DNA of 64,000 nt from an uncultured delta proteobacterium (GCA_963808625.1 CAWEHK010000049.1:18875-82874); one strand, 5' to 3'. Shown: positions 20,897-30,417, counted from the stretch's first letter. Made by a program: numbers and translations. Notes: generated from the letters alone by a model not told the origin.

Positions 20897-21412
20897 CTAC
20901 TCCTTTCGGGCAAGTGATCGATGCGCCTCAATGAGCCAGGCCTTGATCTGCTTCCGGGGAGGCACTCTGCCTACCATTGCGATCCTGCCGTTGATTACCA
21001 GGGCGGGGGTCCCCATCACACCATAGCGGGCAATCTCCTTGATATCGGTGACGTGGTCCAGGTTTGCGGGAAAATCCAGTTCCGTCAGCAGTTCCATGAC
21101 CGTCTGGGTGAGATCATGGCACTGCACGCAGCCCATGCCCAAGACTTTGATCTCCAGTCCCCGGGGTGATTCGTCCTCACAGGCTTGTCCCATGAATTTG
21201 CGGAACTCCCGGACAAAGGCCTGCGCATACTCATCTCGGGCAACACTTGGGATGTAGTTGTCGCGGCCGAGACGCTCCAGCATCGCGGCGGCGATTTCGT
21301 CATCGCTTGTTTCGCCATGAGTCCGGGCCAGTTCCCCCATGACCTGCCGGATGCCAATGATGCTGATGTCAAACCCCCCAATCCTGATTTTGGTGATATC
21401 CTTCTCGGTCAT
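20897..21412 (-). CDS. Thioredoxin-family protein with N-terminal extension (MTH895-like C domain)
   Basis: IKVLGMGCVQC, YGVMGTPALVING..GRVP. Confidence 0.8.
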   Translation of the reverse strand: MTEKDITKIRIGGFDISIIGIRQVMGELARTHGETSDDEIAAAMLERLGRDNYIPSVARDEYAQAFVREFRKFMGQACEDESPRGLEIKVLGMGCVQCHDLTQTVMELLTELDFPANLDHVTDIKEIARYGVMGTPALVINGRIAMVGRVPPRKQIKAWLIEAHRSLARKE

Positions 21413-21449
21413 GGTTGCCTTCTCACTTTGACTTGACGATGGGAAAACG

Positions 21450-21794
21450 TCATTTCTTGCAGATCTCTTCCCGGCGAATGGAAGGAAGGCGCTCGGCAAT
21501 GCGCACGACCTCGGGATCATCCTGCAGCCAATGCCGCAAGTTCCCCAGGAGAGCAGCCGCATAGGGGCTGCTGTTCCCATTCGCCAGTTGATAATTGACC
21601 CAGAGCCCGCTTTTTCGGCAGTCGACCAGGCCGGCGTCCTCGAGAATTTTCAGATGTTTTGATACGGTTGGCTGGGCAAGCTGCAGGGTGGCCTGGATCT
21701 CACAGACACACAGTGATTTATGCTGAAGCATTTTAAGAATCTTGACCCGGTTGGGATCAGACAGTGCTTTCATGACTCTTATAAATTGTTTCAT
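21450..21794 (-). CDS. arsR: ArsR/SmtB-family metalloregulator
   Basis: KALSDPNRVKIL, LCVCEI, QPTVSKHLKIL; heads the ars cluster. Confidence 0.9.
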   Translation of the reverse strand: MKQFIRVMKALSDPNRVKILKMLQHKSLCVCEIQATLQLAQPTVSKHLKILEDAGLVDCRKSGLWVNYQLANGNSSPYAAALLGNLRHWLQDDPEVVRIAERLPSIRREEICKK

Positions 21795-21807
21795 AGTACC
21801 TCCCCAG

Positions 21808-21829
21808 TATATTGCTGGCTTGGAATATA
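21808..21829. promoter_or_regulatory. Candidate ArsR operator (TATATTGC-6-GGAATATA imperfect inverted repeat)
   Basis: Inverted repeat between a minus-strand TTGACA (near 21849-21854) and the arsR start. Confidence 0.4.
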
Positions 21830-22057
21830 TCGAATGATCTGCCCGGAATGTCAAGGGCCTCGATCTGCAAAAAGAATCATGGACATGGGCAGGCATGCTG
21901 AAGAGGCCCGGTGCCGTCACGATTACATTCCTTGGAATGAATATGAAGCACCGCCTGCCGGAATTTTGGGTTGCTTCGCATAGGAATGTCCATTAAGGTT
22001 GGTGAGGTCCTGTTGGGTGAGCTTTCATCAGGGAATCGCAGCGAAGGAGGGGAACTG

Positions 22058-23041
22058 GTGTCGGAGAGCGAACTTTATGATCTCATCATTGTGGGTGGAG
22101 GCCCGGGGGGCCTTACCGCCGGCATGTATGCCATGAGGGCCGCGCTCAAAACGGTACTCATCGAGAAGGGAGTGCCGGGGGGGCAGGTAGCCATCACCAA
22201 AGCGGTGGAAAACTACCCCGGATTCATCGAAATCGGCGGCTTTGAGTTGTGCGACAAATTTTTGCAGCACGCCAAATGGTATGGTCTGGAGATGATTCAG
22301 CAAGAGGTTGTCGCGGTGGATCCGGGGCTCGAGTTCCATTCCGTCCGCCTCGCCAATGGCGCCGTGGTGAACGCCCACGCCGTGATTCTGGCGCCCGGCG
22401 GCAGTGCTCGCAGGCTCAACGTGCCGGGGGAGAACGAAAACTTCGGCAAAGGTGTCTCCTACTGTGCCACCTGTGACGGCTTTTTCTTCCGGGACAAGAC
22501 GGTGGTGGTTGTTGGTGGTGGCGATACCGCCCTCGAGGATGCGCTCTACCTCTCTAAAATCACCAAACGGGTCTACCTCGCCCATCGCCGGGATGCGTTT
22601 CGGGGCAGCAGAATCCTGCAGCAGCGGGTGCTGGCTGAATGCGGAATCGAAGTGCTCTGGAATACGGTGGTTACGGAAATAAAGTCCAACGAGCAGGGGG
22701 TTTGCGAAGTTTCCCTCAAGGATACGAAAACCGGTGAGCCAAGGGCACTGGCAACGGACGGTGTCTTCATCTTCGTTGGTTTTGCTCCCAACAACCAGTT
22801 GGTGCCCGCCGGCATCAGAGCGAATGCGAACGGTTATGTCGTCACCGACGAGAAGTGCGAGACGAGCATTCCGGGCATCTTTGCCATCGGCGATCTCCGG
22901 CAGAAGTATGCCAATCAGATTGTCATCGCCGCGGCCGACGGCTGCATCGCCGCTCTGGCTGCCGCGCATTACGTGGAAATGAAAAAGGCGAGCGCCGTCT
23001 GTTCGATGCCTCCCAGCTCCCTGGCTGCGGGCTCACAGTAG
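22058..23041 (+). CDS. trxB: Thioredoxin-disulfide reductase
   Basis: GGGPGG, ENYPGF, GVSYCATCDG, VVGGGDTA, TSIPGIFAIGD. Confidence 0.95.
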   Translation: MSESELYDLIIVGGGPGGLTAGMYAMRAALKTVLIEKGVPGGQVAITKAVENYPGFIEIGGFELCDKFLQHAKWYGLEMIQQEVVAVDPGLEFHSVRLANGAVVNAHAVILAPGGSARRLNVPGENENFGKGVSYCATCDGFFFRDKTVVVVGGGDTALEDALYLSKITKRVYLAHRRDAFRGSRILQQRVLAECGIEVLWNTVVTEIKSNEQGVCEVSLKDTKTGEPRALATDGVFIFVGFAPNNQLVPAGIRANANGYVVTDEKCETSIPGIFAIGDLRQKYANQIVIAAADGCIAALAAAHYVEMKKASAVCSMPPSSLAAGSQ

Positions 23042-23171
23042 GGCTGGAAGAGGGTTGCGGTTGCTGTACTACTGGGTACACATCAAACTGCCCTCTTTTT
23101 TGCAGGAAAAGAGATTTGTTTGGGAATTCTTGGATAAGGCACGAGCGTTGGGTGGCTTGAAGGACGTAAAG

Positions 23172-23859
23172 GTGAGTCACAAACGAGCGGTGATTAAAGC
23201 GATCCTCTTGCTCGTCTTCGATCATCGCGGCCGTGGCCGTGGCCCGGTATGCTCCCGTGAAAGGACTGTTGACTGCGGACAAACTTGGGGCATTGCTCGA
23301 GCACAGTGGATTTTGGGGACCATTGCTGTTCATCGGCGTCTACATGGCGGGGGTGTGTCTGTTCATTCCGGGGACGCTTCTGACGACCCTGGGCGCCGCC
23401 ATCTTCGGCCCCTACTTCGGATTCCTGTATGTCTGGGTGGGCGCGATGCTTGGCGCCAGCCTGGCGTTCTTCATCGGACGCTACCTCGGTCGCGATTTCG
23501 CGGCTTCGCTCATTGGCGATAAATTGAAAAAGTACGATGATGCCATTGCGCGCAAAGGCTTTGCCACGGTCCTCTACCTCCGCCTCGTCTACTTTCCCTT
23601 CACCCCGATGAATTTCGGTATGGGACTGACCAAAGTACAGTTTTGGGACTACTTTTTCGGGACGGCCCTGGGCATCATTGCGGGCACCTTCGTCTTTACC
23701 TTTTTCGTGGGCACGCTGAAAGAGGCCTGGGTGAGCGGCCAGTGGGCCGGGCTGGTGAACTGGAAGACCTTGCTGGCGCTTGTCCTGTTTGTCTTCTCGT
23801 TCTGCATCCCGAGGATCATCGAGAGGCTGAAAGAAGCGATGCGGCTAAAAGTTGCTTAG
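23172..23859 (+). CDS. TVP38/TMEM64 (VTT/SNARE-associated) membrane protein, frameshift near N-terminus
   Basis: IPGTLLTTLGAAIFG, FFIGRYLGR, LRLVYFPF..NFGMGLT. Confidence 0.85.
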
Positions 23860-24120
23860 GGAGCGTCCAGAAACAAATGGCCTTCTTTTGCCACGAAGAA
23901 CACGAAGGATACGAAGTGATTTCTTCGTGTTCTTCGTGTGTAGAAAAGAGGCTGAAACAGTACCCGTGGGCCGAAATAAGTAGCCAGTTCCGGTGGGCAC
24001 GGTGGAGCTGTGCCCACCCTACAGTGTTCCCGGATCCGTAGGGTGGGCAGGTTTTTTTGCCCACCGCAAACATGCACGAACTTATGCCCATGTGTACTAG
24101 GTGTTTTTGGACAGTTTCCC
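23859..24120. mobile_element. MITE-like family M2 copy, inverted, with nested REP-like element
   Basis: GGGAGCGTCCAGAAAC ... GTTTTTGGACAGTTTCCC ends; contains segment 23961..24096 shared with 12081..12186. Confidence 0.7.
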
Positions 24121-24363
24121 AGCTACGCCGGGGTTATTAAGGCAGGCAAGCTGGTTATACTCGTTAGGGATGAAAAGGTTCTCTTTATTACCGCGGAGAA
24201 CGCAGCGTGCGCAGAGAGAGTTTGCTATGAAATCATTAGGTTTCTCTGCGATCTCAGCGTGCTCTGCGGTGAATTCATAAGTCTGCCAAAACGAAGGTCC
24301 TCAGCCTAGACGAGTATATTTTCGATGCAATAATTTCGAGTCAATAGCGGCGGTGGAGCAGCG

Positions 24364-25180
24364 ATGGAGCATGAAACGACGATACGCCTGGGTCTTTTTC
24401 CTGGGCATTTTCGGCATGGTAGCCCTTGGGGAAATCCTGGCCCCACGGCGGGCCCTCACCACCTCCAAAGCCGGTCGATGGTTCGCTAACCTGGCGATAA
24501 TTGCTCTCAATCCGGTTTCGGTGCGCCTCGTCTTTCCCGTTTTGCCCGTGGGGGTGGCCCTCATGGCCCAGGAAAACCACTGGGGATTGCTCAACCACGT
24601 TGTTTTTCCGTACTGGCTTTCGGTAGCGATCGGCGTGATTGCTTTGGATTTTACCATCTACCTGCAGCACGTCGGCTTTCATGCCCTCCCGCTGCTCTGG
24701 CGGTTGCACATGGTGCACCACGCGGACCTGGATTTTGACGTCACCACGGGACTCCGCTTCCATCCCCTCGAGATTGTGCTGTCCATGGGGATCAAAATCA
24801 TGGCGGTCGTGCTGCTCGGAGCGCCCGTGCTGGCGGTGCTCGTTTTTGAGGTCGCGCTCAACGCCACGGCCATGTTCAGCCACAGCAACATGCGTCTTCC
24901 CGTGCGCTTTGATCGCGTGCTGCGGTGGTTCGTCGTGACCCCCGAAATGCACCGGGTGCATCATTCGGTGGTGATCCGTGAAACGAACAGCAACTATGGC
25001 TTCAACCTGCCCTGGTGGGACCGTCTGTTCGGCACCTATAAAGACCAGCCGGTGCAAGGGCATGCCGGGATGACCATCGGCCTCGCGCAATTCCGCGACC
25101 CCCGATTGCTGACTCTTCCCCGACTCCTGGTGCTGCCCTTTATCGGAGATATCGGGAAAGTGCCAATCAACCGTCATTAA
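24364..25180 (+). CDS. Sterol desaturase/fatty acid hydroxylase family protein
   Basis: His boxes HVGFH, HMVHH, HRVHH, RFHPLE, NYGF..WWDRLFGT; true start MEHETTIRLG with a frameshift. Confidence 0.88.
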
Positions 25181-25241
25181 TGGGAAACGAAGAGCCCATT
25201 TCGTATTTTTTCGAGGCCAGGCCCTCGAGGGAGCTCAGATC

Positions 25242-25646
25242 ATGGCATCAACGTACTCGAATCCAGGAAAACTCGCGATCAAGTCCAAGGTTTGGATTGA
25301 AGATCAAAATGGTAAGGTCGTATTTGGGTCAGGTCGCTTGCGCATTTTGGAGTTGGTGGACCGATACGGTTCCATCCATGCTGCATCCAAAGAGTTGAAG
25401 ATGAGCTACCGGGCCGTGTGGGGTAAAATCAAGGCCACTGAAGATCGTCTGGGGCAGACTCTCGTGAGGAGGAAGCCGGATGGCGCCAGGCGGGGGGGAT
25501 CGGAATTAACCCCTTTTGCAACAACCATTATGGAGGGTTTTCGTCACCTTCAGAGTCTGGTCGAAAAAGAAGCGGATCATGTTTTTCAGGATTCCTTCTC
25601 GAGTGGCCTGGGCATGGAGATAAACCCACACACCGGCACAAAATGA
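25242..25646 (+). CDS. modE: ModE-like winged-helix regulator (DNA-binding domain only)
   Basis: KSKVWIE..FGSGRLRIL..GSIHAASKELKMSYRAVWGKI..GGSELT; no TOBE domains. Confidence 0.8.
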   Translation: MASTYSNPGKLAIKSKVWIEDQNGKVVFGSGRLRILELVDRYGSIHAASKELKMSYRAVWGKIKATEDRLGQTLVRRKPDGARRGGSELTPFATTIMEGFRHLQSLVEKEADHVFQDSFSSGLGMEINPHTGTK

Positions 25647-25697
25647 CTGCTTCCCAGGGGGGAATGCCCAGGACAGCTCCGCTTAAAGGAATGGCTG

Positions 25698-25837
25698 GTT
25701 CCACTGCGGCTTAAATGAGTGTCCCAGTTCCGTTCGTCATACCGGCGCAAGCCGGTATCCAGGTATTTTTTCTGGATTCCGGTTTTCACCGGAATGACGC
25801 ATCAGGATTCCGGTCACTTTATGGTGCGGAGGTTCAC
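25698..25837. repeat. M3-related repeat with GTCATACCGGCGCAAGCCGGTATCCA hairpin
   Basis: Shares AAATGAGTGTCC start and GGTCACTT end with 20721..20865. Confidence 0.6.
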
Positions 25838-25840
25838 TTA

Positions 25841-26096
25841 GAGGCTGTCTGAAAATTCCCTCTAAAGCTGGTTCCCAGGCTCTGGCTTGGGAACCCACCT
25901 CCTTGGAAGCTCCAGCTTCGTCGGACTTGTGGATACCATCTGATACTCAAGACGCACGGGAAGCTGGAGCTTCCGTGCCTGCGTTCCCAAGCTGGAGCTT
26001 GGGAACGAGCGAACGAGCTCCCCCCTTTTTTAAAGGTGGGTCGGAGGGATTCTTCCTTCGAGTTTTGTGCAAAATTTGAATTTTCTGACAGCCTTC
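25841..26096. mobile_element. MITE-like element (TIR GAGGCTGTCTGAAAATT / AATTTTCTGACAGCCTTC, TTA flanks) carrying GTTCCCAAGCTGGAGCTTGGGAAC hairpins
   Basis: TIRs and TTA on both sides are directly visible. Confidence 0.75.
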
Positions 26097-26230
26097 TTAG
26101 AGATTCCAGGAGACAAGCCTGAAGCGGGCTGGGCGGGCTTCAGGCCCGCCCTTCAGACTTTGTTGTCGCTTCAGAGGTGACCAACCAGGTGGCGTCGGTT
26201 CAATTCTTACGACCGGCTCGAAGTCCTTCC

Positions 26231-27082
26231 CTACATTTGTTTGCCGGCATCTGGGAAAAAGAGCGGCTGACCGAATTTGTCCTTGCCGAACTCACCGATG
26301 AGCTTCTGGGTTTCCGGCGCGATCATAAACTCGACAAAGGCTTTGCCGCCCTTGCCGTTGACCTTGGTGAACTTCTCGGGATTGACCTGCATGACGTGGT
26401 AAACGTTGAGCAGTGACTTATCGCCCTCGGAGAGGATTTCCAGTTTGATGTTCGGTTTCTGCGCCAGGTAGGTCCCGCGGTCGGTGAGGGTATAGGCCTG
26501 CTTCTCGGAAGCCATCAACAAGGTTGCGCCCATGCCCTGGCCGGATTCCTGATACCATTTTGTCCCCGCCGGGCTGATTTCGGCTTTCTTCCAGATGGAG
26601 AGCTCTTTCTTGTGCGTACCGGAGTCGTCGCCGCGCGACACGAAGGTCGCTTCTTTCTGAACGATGGCCTTGAAGGCGTCAACGCTGGACTTCCCCTTGA
26701 TTCCCGCAGGGTCAGCGGCGGGACCGACGATCACGAAGTCATTGTGCATGACGAGCTGGTAGTTGCTTGCCAGGCCGCTATCAACCAGCTTCTTTTCAGC
26801 CTCCGGAGCATGCACCAGCAAAACATCAGCCTCCCCCTTTTCGCCCATGGCCAGGGCCTGCCCGGTACCGGCGGAAATGGTCTTCACCCGATAGCCGGTT
26901 TGTTTCTCGAAGATCGGGATCAGGACATCGAGGAGTCCGGTATCCACGGTCGAGGTGGTCGTCGCCAGGATCAGGTCTTTGACTTCCGGTGGTGTGACAC
27001 CGGCGCCCTGGGCCCCAGCCTCGGCGCTGGCGAGAAAAAGCGTCATTACCATCATCAAAAAGATCAACAAGCGTTTTGGCAT
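26231..27082 (-). CDS. tupA: Tungstate ABC transporter substrate-binding protein
   Basis: Signal peptide; TTTS tungstate-selectivity motif (ATTTSTVDTGLL), GTGQAL, HAP, FVSRGDDSGTH, YTLTDRGT. Confidence 0.92.
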   Translation of the reverse strand: MPKRLLIFLMMVMTLFLASAEAGAQGAGVTPPEVKDLILATTTSTVDTGLLDVLIPIFEKQTGYRVKTISAGTGQALAMGEKGEADVLLVHAPEAEKKLVDSGLASNYQLVMHNDFVIVGPAADPAGIKGKSSVDAFKAIVQKEATFVSRGDDSGTHKKELSIWKKAEISPAGTKWYQESGQGMGATLLMASEKQAYTLTDRGTYLAQKPNIKLEILSEGDKSLLNVYHVMQVNPEKFTKVNGKGGKAFVEFMIAPETQKLIGEFGKDKFGQPLFFPDAGKQM

Positions 27083-27126
27083 GGCATTCTCCTTTGATCA
27101 TTATCCTTTGATCATTATCCGCGGGT

Positions 27127-27193
27127 GTCGTTCCCGCATGCTTTTGGCGGGAATCCAGGAAAAAGCCTGGACACCCGCCTTCGCGGGCATGAC
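27127..27193. repeat. Palindromic repeat (GTCGTTCCCGC..GCGGGAATCCA..CCCGCCTTCGCGGGCATGAC)
   Basis: Same hairpin family as inside 20721..20865 and near 33430. Confidence 0.7.
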
Positions 27194-27230
27194 GCGTGGA
27201 GACCGGACACCCGCATAGGTGGCGCTGCAC

Positions 27231-28691
27231 TCAGTGAATCGCAAGCAAGGTAAGGATTTCATTGGTCGCCCAGTATACCTGATTTTGAACGTTGCAGTCG
27301 GTGATCCAGTCGTTCGCGTCAGGTTTTCCTTTTTGCTTGCAGCCGTCTGCCCTCGGCAAAACGTCTCGAGTGAGGATCTTGACGGCATATTGTTCCTGAC
27401 TGGAGGTAAAAAACCATTTGGCGTTTCGGACGTTCAGGCGGAGCTGATCCTTCAGGAATTGATCCTTGAAAACTGCGGCATCAAGCGATTGGATCGCCGC
27501 AAGCAGTTCGTTGAATTTCACCTTTGTGGTCGCGGTGGGATCAATGGCGCCATAAAAGATAATCTTAGCCTCATCGACATAATTCCACCCGGCCTCAAGG
27601 GTGTCGATATCCGTGGTGCCCGCCGGCAGGGGCTCAACCTTGATGATCGTGGCGGACCGGGTTGAGAAACCGGCATTATGGTCCCCATTGCCATTATAGG
27701 GCCAGATCACATCCTGATTGGCTGCGGTGGAACGCTGATCGGGAGGCCCCGGCTTCTTCTGCGGTGGGACAACCCGGAAGGGACCTTCGCCATCAAGCTT
27801 GTTATCAGGAGTCAAAACGCCGGTGGTGAGGTATTCCCCATCCCTCTTGTAAGCCAAAAGCATTCGAAGAGGCTTTCCGTTTACGATGACATCACCATCG
27901 AACCTGCCCGCACACGAGGGTGCACTGTAGTCCGCCCAGCCCTCAGGGTTCTTGGCAATGTCAGCGACCTGATCGTAATAGTAGCTGGCCTTGGGGTAGA
28001 TCCCGTAGACCTGATAGAGAGACGGATTGGGGTCGGGATTAAGCGGGTGAAACTGCGAAAACCCGTCAGGTGCAGAGACTTTGATGTTGGTCGCCGAAGG
28101 CAGGACGCGGACCGTTTTCTTGAGCAGGTATTCCATGCTGGCGCCGGTGTATTCAGCATAAGTATCCGTGGATTTGCTCGCATTCATCAGCATAAACTGG
28201 TTCCATGCCGGGAGTTTCTCAAGATCGGCGCGACTGAAGATGCGATAGGGAGCGGTCACCTTCGAGGGATCGTCCTTCGGGTCACCGGGATATCTCACGG
28301 CAGCGATCTCCACCTTGTTGGGATAGGTGTCACCGTCCGAATCAAGGCTTTCGATGGCCTTGAGGGCATCGGCGTTTCGGCCATGGGCAAGATAATCGGT
28401 ACCGTAGGAATTAAGGGTCTCGAGAATGTTTCCGTGAGGTTCATCATAGCCATACTTGTAGTGGCACCATTGGCAGCTACCCAGGCTGACGGGCTTCCCC
28501 TTGGGATCCGTATATTGGCCGCCGGTGTGGCAGAGGTTGCAGCTGTCCAGCTTGGTGCCGGCCTTGTCGGGATAAACCGCAAGAAAGACCCCGGCATCCT
28601 GCTCACCCTGGTGATGATAGGCTGCCAGGCATACCCCGGAAAGAAGTCCCAAAGTCAAGACAATAACGATCCCTCTGTTTCCGTAACGCAT
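27231..28691 (-). CDS. Secreted diheme c-type cytochrome with GEGP motif and molybdopterin-oxidoreductase-like domain
   Basis: Signal peptide; CNLCH and CQWCH; DSDGD EF-hand-like loop; YTGASM..SAPDGF..MLLAYKRDGEYL..DGEGPFRVVPPQ. Confidence 0.82.
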   Translation of the reverse strand: MRYGNRGIVIVLTLGLLSGVCLAAYHHQGEQDAGVFLAVYPDKAGTKLDSCNLCHTGGQYTDPKGKPVSLGSCQWCHYKYGYDEPHGNILETLNSYGTDYLAHGRNADALKAIESLDSDGDTYPNKVEIAAVRYPGDPKDDPSKVTAPYRIFSRADLEKLPAWNQFMLMNASKSTDTYAEYTGASMEYLLKKTVRVLPSATNIKVSAPDGFSQFHPLNPDPNPSLYQVYGIYPKASYYYDQVADIAKNPEGWADYSAPSCAGRFDGDVIVNGKPLRMLLAYKRDGEYLTTGVLTPDNKLDGEGPFRVVPPQKKPGPPDQRSTAANQDVIWPYNGNGDHNAGFSTRSATIIKVEPLPAGTTDIDTLEAGWNYVDEAKIIFYGAIDPTATTKVKFNELLAAIQSLDAAVFKDQFLKDQLRLNVRNAKWFFTSSQEQYAVKILTRDVLPRADGCKQKGKPDANDWITDCNVQNQVYWATNEILTLLAIH

Positions 28692-28801
28692 GTTACCCTC
28701 CTTTCGTTGATTACGACCCTGATGCTTTTGTCACCTGACAACATGGCCTTCAAAGAACCCTGTGATCAATTGTTGCGATTCAACCTCCAGGCAGGCGGCT
28801 C

Positions 28802-28840
28802 ACGGTAGCAGAGGAATATAACTATGTCAACATTGACATA
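28802..28840 (-). promoter_or_regulatory. sigma70 promoter of the GEGP-tupA unit, overlapped by perfect palindrome TATGTCAA-CA-TTGACATA
   Basis: Minus strand TTGACA (28830-28825), 17 bp, TGc-TACCGT (28807-28802); palindrome 28823..28840. Confidence 0.65.
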
Positions 28841-28892
28841 TGCCAAAAATGAAATAAATGCTACGCCGGGTAGGTCCAGGTCCCAGGAACAG

Positions 28893-28917
28893 AAAAAGCC
28901 CAGCTTGCCGCTGGGCT
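28893..28917 (-). terminator. Rho-independent terminator after the tRNA-Ser pair
   Basis: AGCCCAGC-GGCAA-GCTGGGCT followed by a T tract on the minus strand. Confidence 0.75.
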
Positions 28918-28929
28918 GAAGTTCTTTTA

Positions 28930-29023
28930 TGGCGGAGAGAGAGGGATTCGAACCCTCGGTAGAGCTTTACACCCTACACTCGCTTAGCAGGCGAGCGCCT
29001 TCAGCCAACTCGGCCATCTCTCC
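28930..29023 (-). tRNA. tRNA-Ser(GCT)
   Basis: GGAGAGATGGCCGAGTTGGCTGAAGGCGCTCGCCT-GCT-AAGCGAG, long variable arm, GGTTCGAATCC, GCCA end. Confidence 0.96.
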
Positions 29024-29041
29024 GTATTGATCTTATCGTAA

Positions 29042-29134
29042 TGGCGGAGGGAGTAGGATTCGAACCCACGGTCCCGCTGCTAACGGAACTACGGTTTTCA
29101 AGACCGCCGCCTTAAGCCACTCGGCCATCCCTCC
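29042..29134 (-). tRNA. tRNA-Ser(TGA)
   Basis: GGAGGGATGGCCGAGTGGCTTAAGGCGGCGGTCT-TGA-AAACCG, long variable arm, GGTTCGAATCC, GCCA end. Confidence 0.96.
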
Positions 29135-29168
29135 CGATTTCCTTATGCTATCCATCTAATTCGATTAG

Positions 29169-29197
29169 CAATTAGCATTGAGTGGTGAATGTGTCAA
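29169..29197 (-). promoter_or_regulatory. sigma70 promoter of the tRNA-Ser operon
   Basis: TTGACA-17 bp-TAATTG with TGn extension, ~35 bp upstream of the tRNA. Confidence 0.6.
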
Positions 29198-29685
29198 GAG
29201 CTTCAAAACGAAAATTGGAGATCGGAAGGCGGAAAACAGAGAGGGACGTGATTTCCGACTCCTGATTTCAGGCTTCTGCGTTTGGTCATAACTGACAACA
29301 TTTGTCCAAGTAGTGACAAATGTCGTCTTTCCAGGTTGAGCCATGCGTTGCACGCATGAATGGCAACGTGTCGCACTCCTTGCATCCCCGAACCCCGTCC
29401 TCACAATCCGGCGGGTCCCAGGTCAGACATGCTGTCCGCAACGGTTGCCCGAAGTAGGGACCCAAACCCTGTTCGCAGGCTCTGAAGGCTTATGGTCTGC
29501 CTCTTCTGCAGCATTTGCCATGGCCGGAACCATCAGGAAGAAGCGCGCACAAAATTTGCTTCTGTATCTATCCGGCCTGTAGCGCACCAGCCGTGCCGAG
29601 TAGATCCATTCGCTTGTGAGAGCGCACTTGTTTCCCGTCGGGAACGGCGGGAGGAAGCCCATGCAAAAGAGGTAGCAACGAGGTT

Positions 29686-30195
29686 ATGGTTGACTCCGGG
29701 TCAGCGCATACGTCCAGGAAAACGCTTTCATGCCGGGCGGCGGCCGGCTTCACGCTCGTGGAGTTGATGGTCATCGTCGCCATCTGCGCCATCCTGGCGT
29801 CGGTGGCCGTCCCCGCCTATGTGAACTACACCAACAGAGCAAAGCAGACAGAGGCGATCGACGCGCTCATGCAGGCGAAGTTCGACCAGGAAGTCTACTG
29901 GGCAGCAAACCAATTCTATTCCATTTGGATATGCTCTCTTGAGTCATTTCCAGTATTTCCGCAATGCAGCCCCTCGAAGCAGACAAACTGCTGTATCGGT
30001 GTGAGTATATGGGTGACAACCAATTCTTATCGTGTCTGGGTGATAAATGCTGACAATGAACACTTTCAGATCAAGGCAAAAAAGACCATACTGGGTGGAG
30101 ATGATAATCTCACAGTGAGTGATATGCTTGAGAGGCCCATGGTGGAGACGCCCGACGCCCTCAAGTGGTCACTCTTCAAGTGGATATTCGGATAG
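29686..30195 (+). CDS. pilE: Type IV minor pilin, PilE-like
   Basis: Prepilin motif G|FTLVELMVIVAICAILASVAVPAY..Y. Confidence 0.8.
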   Translation: MVDSGSAHTSRKTLSCRAAAGFTLVELMVIVAICAILASVAVPAYVNYTNRAKQTEAIDALMQAKFDQEVYWAANQFYSIWICSLESFPVFPQCSPSKQTNCCIGVSIWVTTNSYRVWVINADNEHFQIKAKKTILGGDDNLTVSDMLERPMVETPDALKWSLFKWIFG

Positions 30196-30284
30196 CATAA
30201 CGTTTGCGTGCTTGATGACCCGGAAGACGGGTTTTCCGGAAGGAAACGAGCCGGTCCGATCGAAGACGAGGCCTGCTGACTTTA

Positions 30285-30391
30285 GGGGGCGTCCAAGAAT
30301 AGGGGCCCTCTTTTACCACGAAGAACATGAAGGACACGAAGTGATTTCTTCGTGCATTTCGTGTCCTTCGTGGTTCGAAAAAGGGTTGCAA
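30285..30391. mobile_element. MITE-like family M2 partial copy
   Basis: GGGGGCGTCCAAGAAT..CCACGAAGAACATGAAGGACACGAAG; other TIR missing. Confidence 0.65.
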
Positions 30392-30417
30392 TGATTGGTC
30401 CCCACGGGAACCGGAGG

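Noticed and set aside
28930..29134. tRNA-Ser as integration site of an island
   Set aside because: No integrase and no duplicated tRNA 3' end seen in the window.
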